A DNA stretch of 54,562 bases, counting the filler, from Sluysia triapertura (taxonomy: Eukaryota): NCBI GenBank assembly GCA_046118255.1. It is 4 parts of 4 records of this genome, joined end to end, with 100 filler letters (N's around TTAATTAATTAA, not from the genome) between each part and the next. Parts side by side here need not be neighbours in the genome. Positions count along the whole stretch, not along the records: positions 41,453 to 54,562 come from JBJNIA010058765.1; 3 more parts are not named here. One strand, given 5' to 3'. Positions 51,608 through 54,562 of the stretch are shown piece by piece. Position numbers and translations under genes: made by a program. Position 1 is the first letter of the stretch; the number at the start of each line of letters is the position of its first letter. A model generated the notes under the pieces. It was not told where the DNA came from. It saw only the letters and a list, made by a program, of their open reading frames with translations, and ran no database searches.

Positions 51608-54562
51608 TTAACACTAAACTCTAATTTCAAATTATTCTTAAAAACCATTTTTATTTTTATATATAATATAAAAGTGATATTTATTTTTTCATAAAATAGA
51701 TTAACTAAATAGATTAACAAATATCAAATCACATTCAGAGATTATGTCAAGTAACTATAAACAAACAAATAAAATTCATAAAATAAACACAAAGTATGTA
51801 TAAGTAATTGCAGATTAAAGATAGACATTACTTCACATTATTTTACTATTTTTTCAAATGACCAAAAATTTACCTGACAATAATATAAATATTAATAATA
51901 AAATTAATACGAATATCACTGAAAATCGAATGGACAAAAATTTCATTCATCTGGATTTAATTAGTCGTAAAAATGCCGTACCGGATATTACATTTGGATT
52001 ACCGTTAGATCGATTTAAAGCGATGATAAATGGAATTAATAATAATGATGTAAATGATTATATTGATTATTAATAGTAGTTTATGATTATTATTTATAGC
52101 TTATTTAAATTTCTAAGAAAGTAATCAATAATATATGGAAAAAATTATTAAATTTGATTTTAATTACAGCTTATTTTCAGTTAAATACATTATTTTGTAT
52201 TTTAAATTTAGTTTAAATTTCGTTTAAATAATATAATTTGACAATTATACATTAAATAAAGAAATTTATATTAATTAGCAAATAATAATATTAAATTAAT
52301 AATTTATGAGGCGCGAATTCTGTTATGAAACAAGTACTGAAAAGCGCTTATGATGTCATTCGTCGTAATATTTCTGTTTGTTTCCTTTGAAATATCTCAT
52401 AGTTTTCATATTTCCGTATTGAAACAAACTTATTTTGTTATTACTGTATATTCTGTATAAAATATTATATGAAAATTTATTCTTGTTTTTACTAGTAACC
52501 AATGTGATGTTTGTAGTAATCACATCGTAATACTATTATTTAAATAATGTATTATCACTATTATTATTACTTGTAATTACTGCATAAATAATTACATTTG
52601 ATGTGTTGATCTATATTTTGATAGTAAATGTTGGGATACGTTAGACATTATTTATTTATTTGTTCATTTAAATATTCACCTCGTCGTAATAACATTTTGG
52701 TGTACATTTAATAATAAATCTTTTGTTTTATCGAACTTTATCGTTACTTAATTAGTTCATGTATTGATGTAAATATTATTAGTAACAGTAAGTCAATAAC
52801 AGATCAATTTACTTAATGGAATTCCAATAAATTATCACAAATACTCTTATTTTAGCAATAATATTTATTAAAATCAGAATGTTACTTTTTTCTATTTAAA
52901 TTAATAACAATAACTCAATTTAATAATTACAAAATCAAATACAAATAGTTATTATCAGTTTTTATTTAAATAATTACAGAAATTCATTAAATAAAAATGA
53001 CAAAATCTCAAAATTATAGTAGTTTTATGATAATATTAAGAATAAAATACTCTTATCCAAAGAAACCAGAGTTGACCGCAATTAACAAAATCAAATTATT
53101 GTTAGCACTCCCAAAATATTTTTATAATATATAATAAATTTCAATGATCAAATTAGTCTGAAATCTCAATATATCTTCCAATATAATAAAACAAAAATTA
53201 CAATTAACTAATTAATCTCTTTTGAAGGAATTAATTAATTAAGTAGAAGATAATGGTATTAAGAAAAAACCTATTGGCAAGAATATAGATGATCGTCATT
53301 TTAGTCATTTTTAGTATTTTTAGTATATTTTTTAATAATTTGTATTTGACTTTTGTTTAACCAGTAAATTCTTGTGTTGTTATTGATTTGATTTTCAAAA
53401 GCTTAATTTTTGGGATGAATTACTGAAAATTTATATTTAATATAGTGAGTACTTAAATTATTGAGATTCTTTTTAAGCTAATTACATTGATATTGATTTA
53501 TTGTAGTTGATACTTTACAAAGACGCAACATTATAATTGATATAGAAATTAAGATAAATGAAATAAATAATATAATAAAACATAAATAATTGAAAGCATA
53601 AGTACATAAATAAATAAGTAAAGTTAATTTATCAAAAGTTATTAGATCTCAACAGATTAATTAAAACAAGGATCGAGATTAATTGTTGAATAATTGATTA
53701 AGGAATTAAGATAAAACGATGAGAAAATTGAAGTCTTTATAAACCCTAATCGTATTAATCGAATTTTATAAAAATACGTCAGACTTAAATCGGAGATTAT
53801 AGGCGAGCCCTAGCAACATATTTAAATTTGATAAATAATAAGAATAAAAGTCACCAGCAATTAGAATGTTTCGCATTAATTCAATTGTCAAATCTCATCA
53901 TAAATACATCATTTTTCAGACTTTTAACATTAGAATGTATAGGAACACTCGACATAGTAATAATGACAACTGTTACAAAAATTCGATTAAAATTTATTTT
54001 TTAATACCTGACAGGAAATATCGAAATAAAATTAATGTTTTATAATCAAATTAATGTTTTGTTATTAAAGTTCACTCTAATGAATTATGAGTTACAATCT
54101 CAAATGAATTGCATGTTTGCTCCAATGGAATATGAATTTATATTTATTATATTTAATTTATATTTATTATGATAACTGAAAATTGTATTAATTGGGATAT
54201 AGAGAATGTAATTGAGGTTAAATTTTATTTTGATTTTCTAACTTTTGAATTTGAAGTTAATTGTTGAGACATTAAATTGTTGAGATAAGAATATGTCAGG
54301 ATACGACAACAAAAATTGAAATAATAATAACGATAATTATAATAATAATATTGTAAATTGGAATAGTAACGATAATAATAATAATAAATATAATAAAAAT
54401 AATAGGAATATAACAATAATAAACTTCTAAAAAATAATATACTGTAAAATAATAAGAAAGTAATAATAATAATATTAATATTAATATTAATAAGGGAAAA
54501 TAATAGGAACATAATAATAATATTTAGAATTGGCTTAAAGTCTAAATTTTGTAAAATGTTGA

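Overview
Very AT-rich animal (metazoan) nuclear DNA, not prokaryotic: it has GT-AG introns and animal-type tensin, kringle, CDS and PhK-gamma sequences. The species cannot be identified from the window. Three artificial 100-bp joins (44 N + TTAATTAATTAA + 44 N) split it into four pieces whose adjacency may not be real, and there is one ordinary N gap. Intact host coding is sparse: three in-phase exons of a tensin-like gene, a signal-peptide + kringle first exon and an MPHOSPH9-like last exon. Most of the rest is transposon debris: L2 and L1/Tx1-like LINE remnants, a Polinton/Maverick pPolB pseudogene, piggyBac and hAT pieces, a MITE, an LTR with an unusually long tRNA-Met primer-binding site, and tRNA-derived pseudogenes. 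The most striking pattern is a dispersed composite unit with 4 clear copies and 1 degenerate copy. Each has a decayed L1/Tx1-like RT tract that appears to break at the same motif, an (AAT)n/(ATT)n stretch, a conserved pair of hairpins with compensatory substitutions ending in TTGG-N3-CCAAT, and then a different decayed ORF cargo. Some cargo and nearby pseudogenes are recognisable host-gene fragments (RSPH9-like, PhK-gamma, importin-alpha-like, CDS). All protein assignments come from manual translation and recalled motifs, not database searches.
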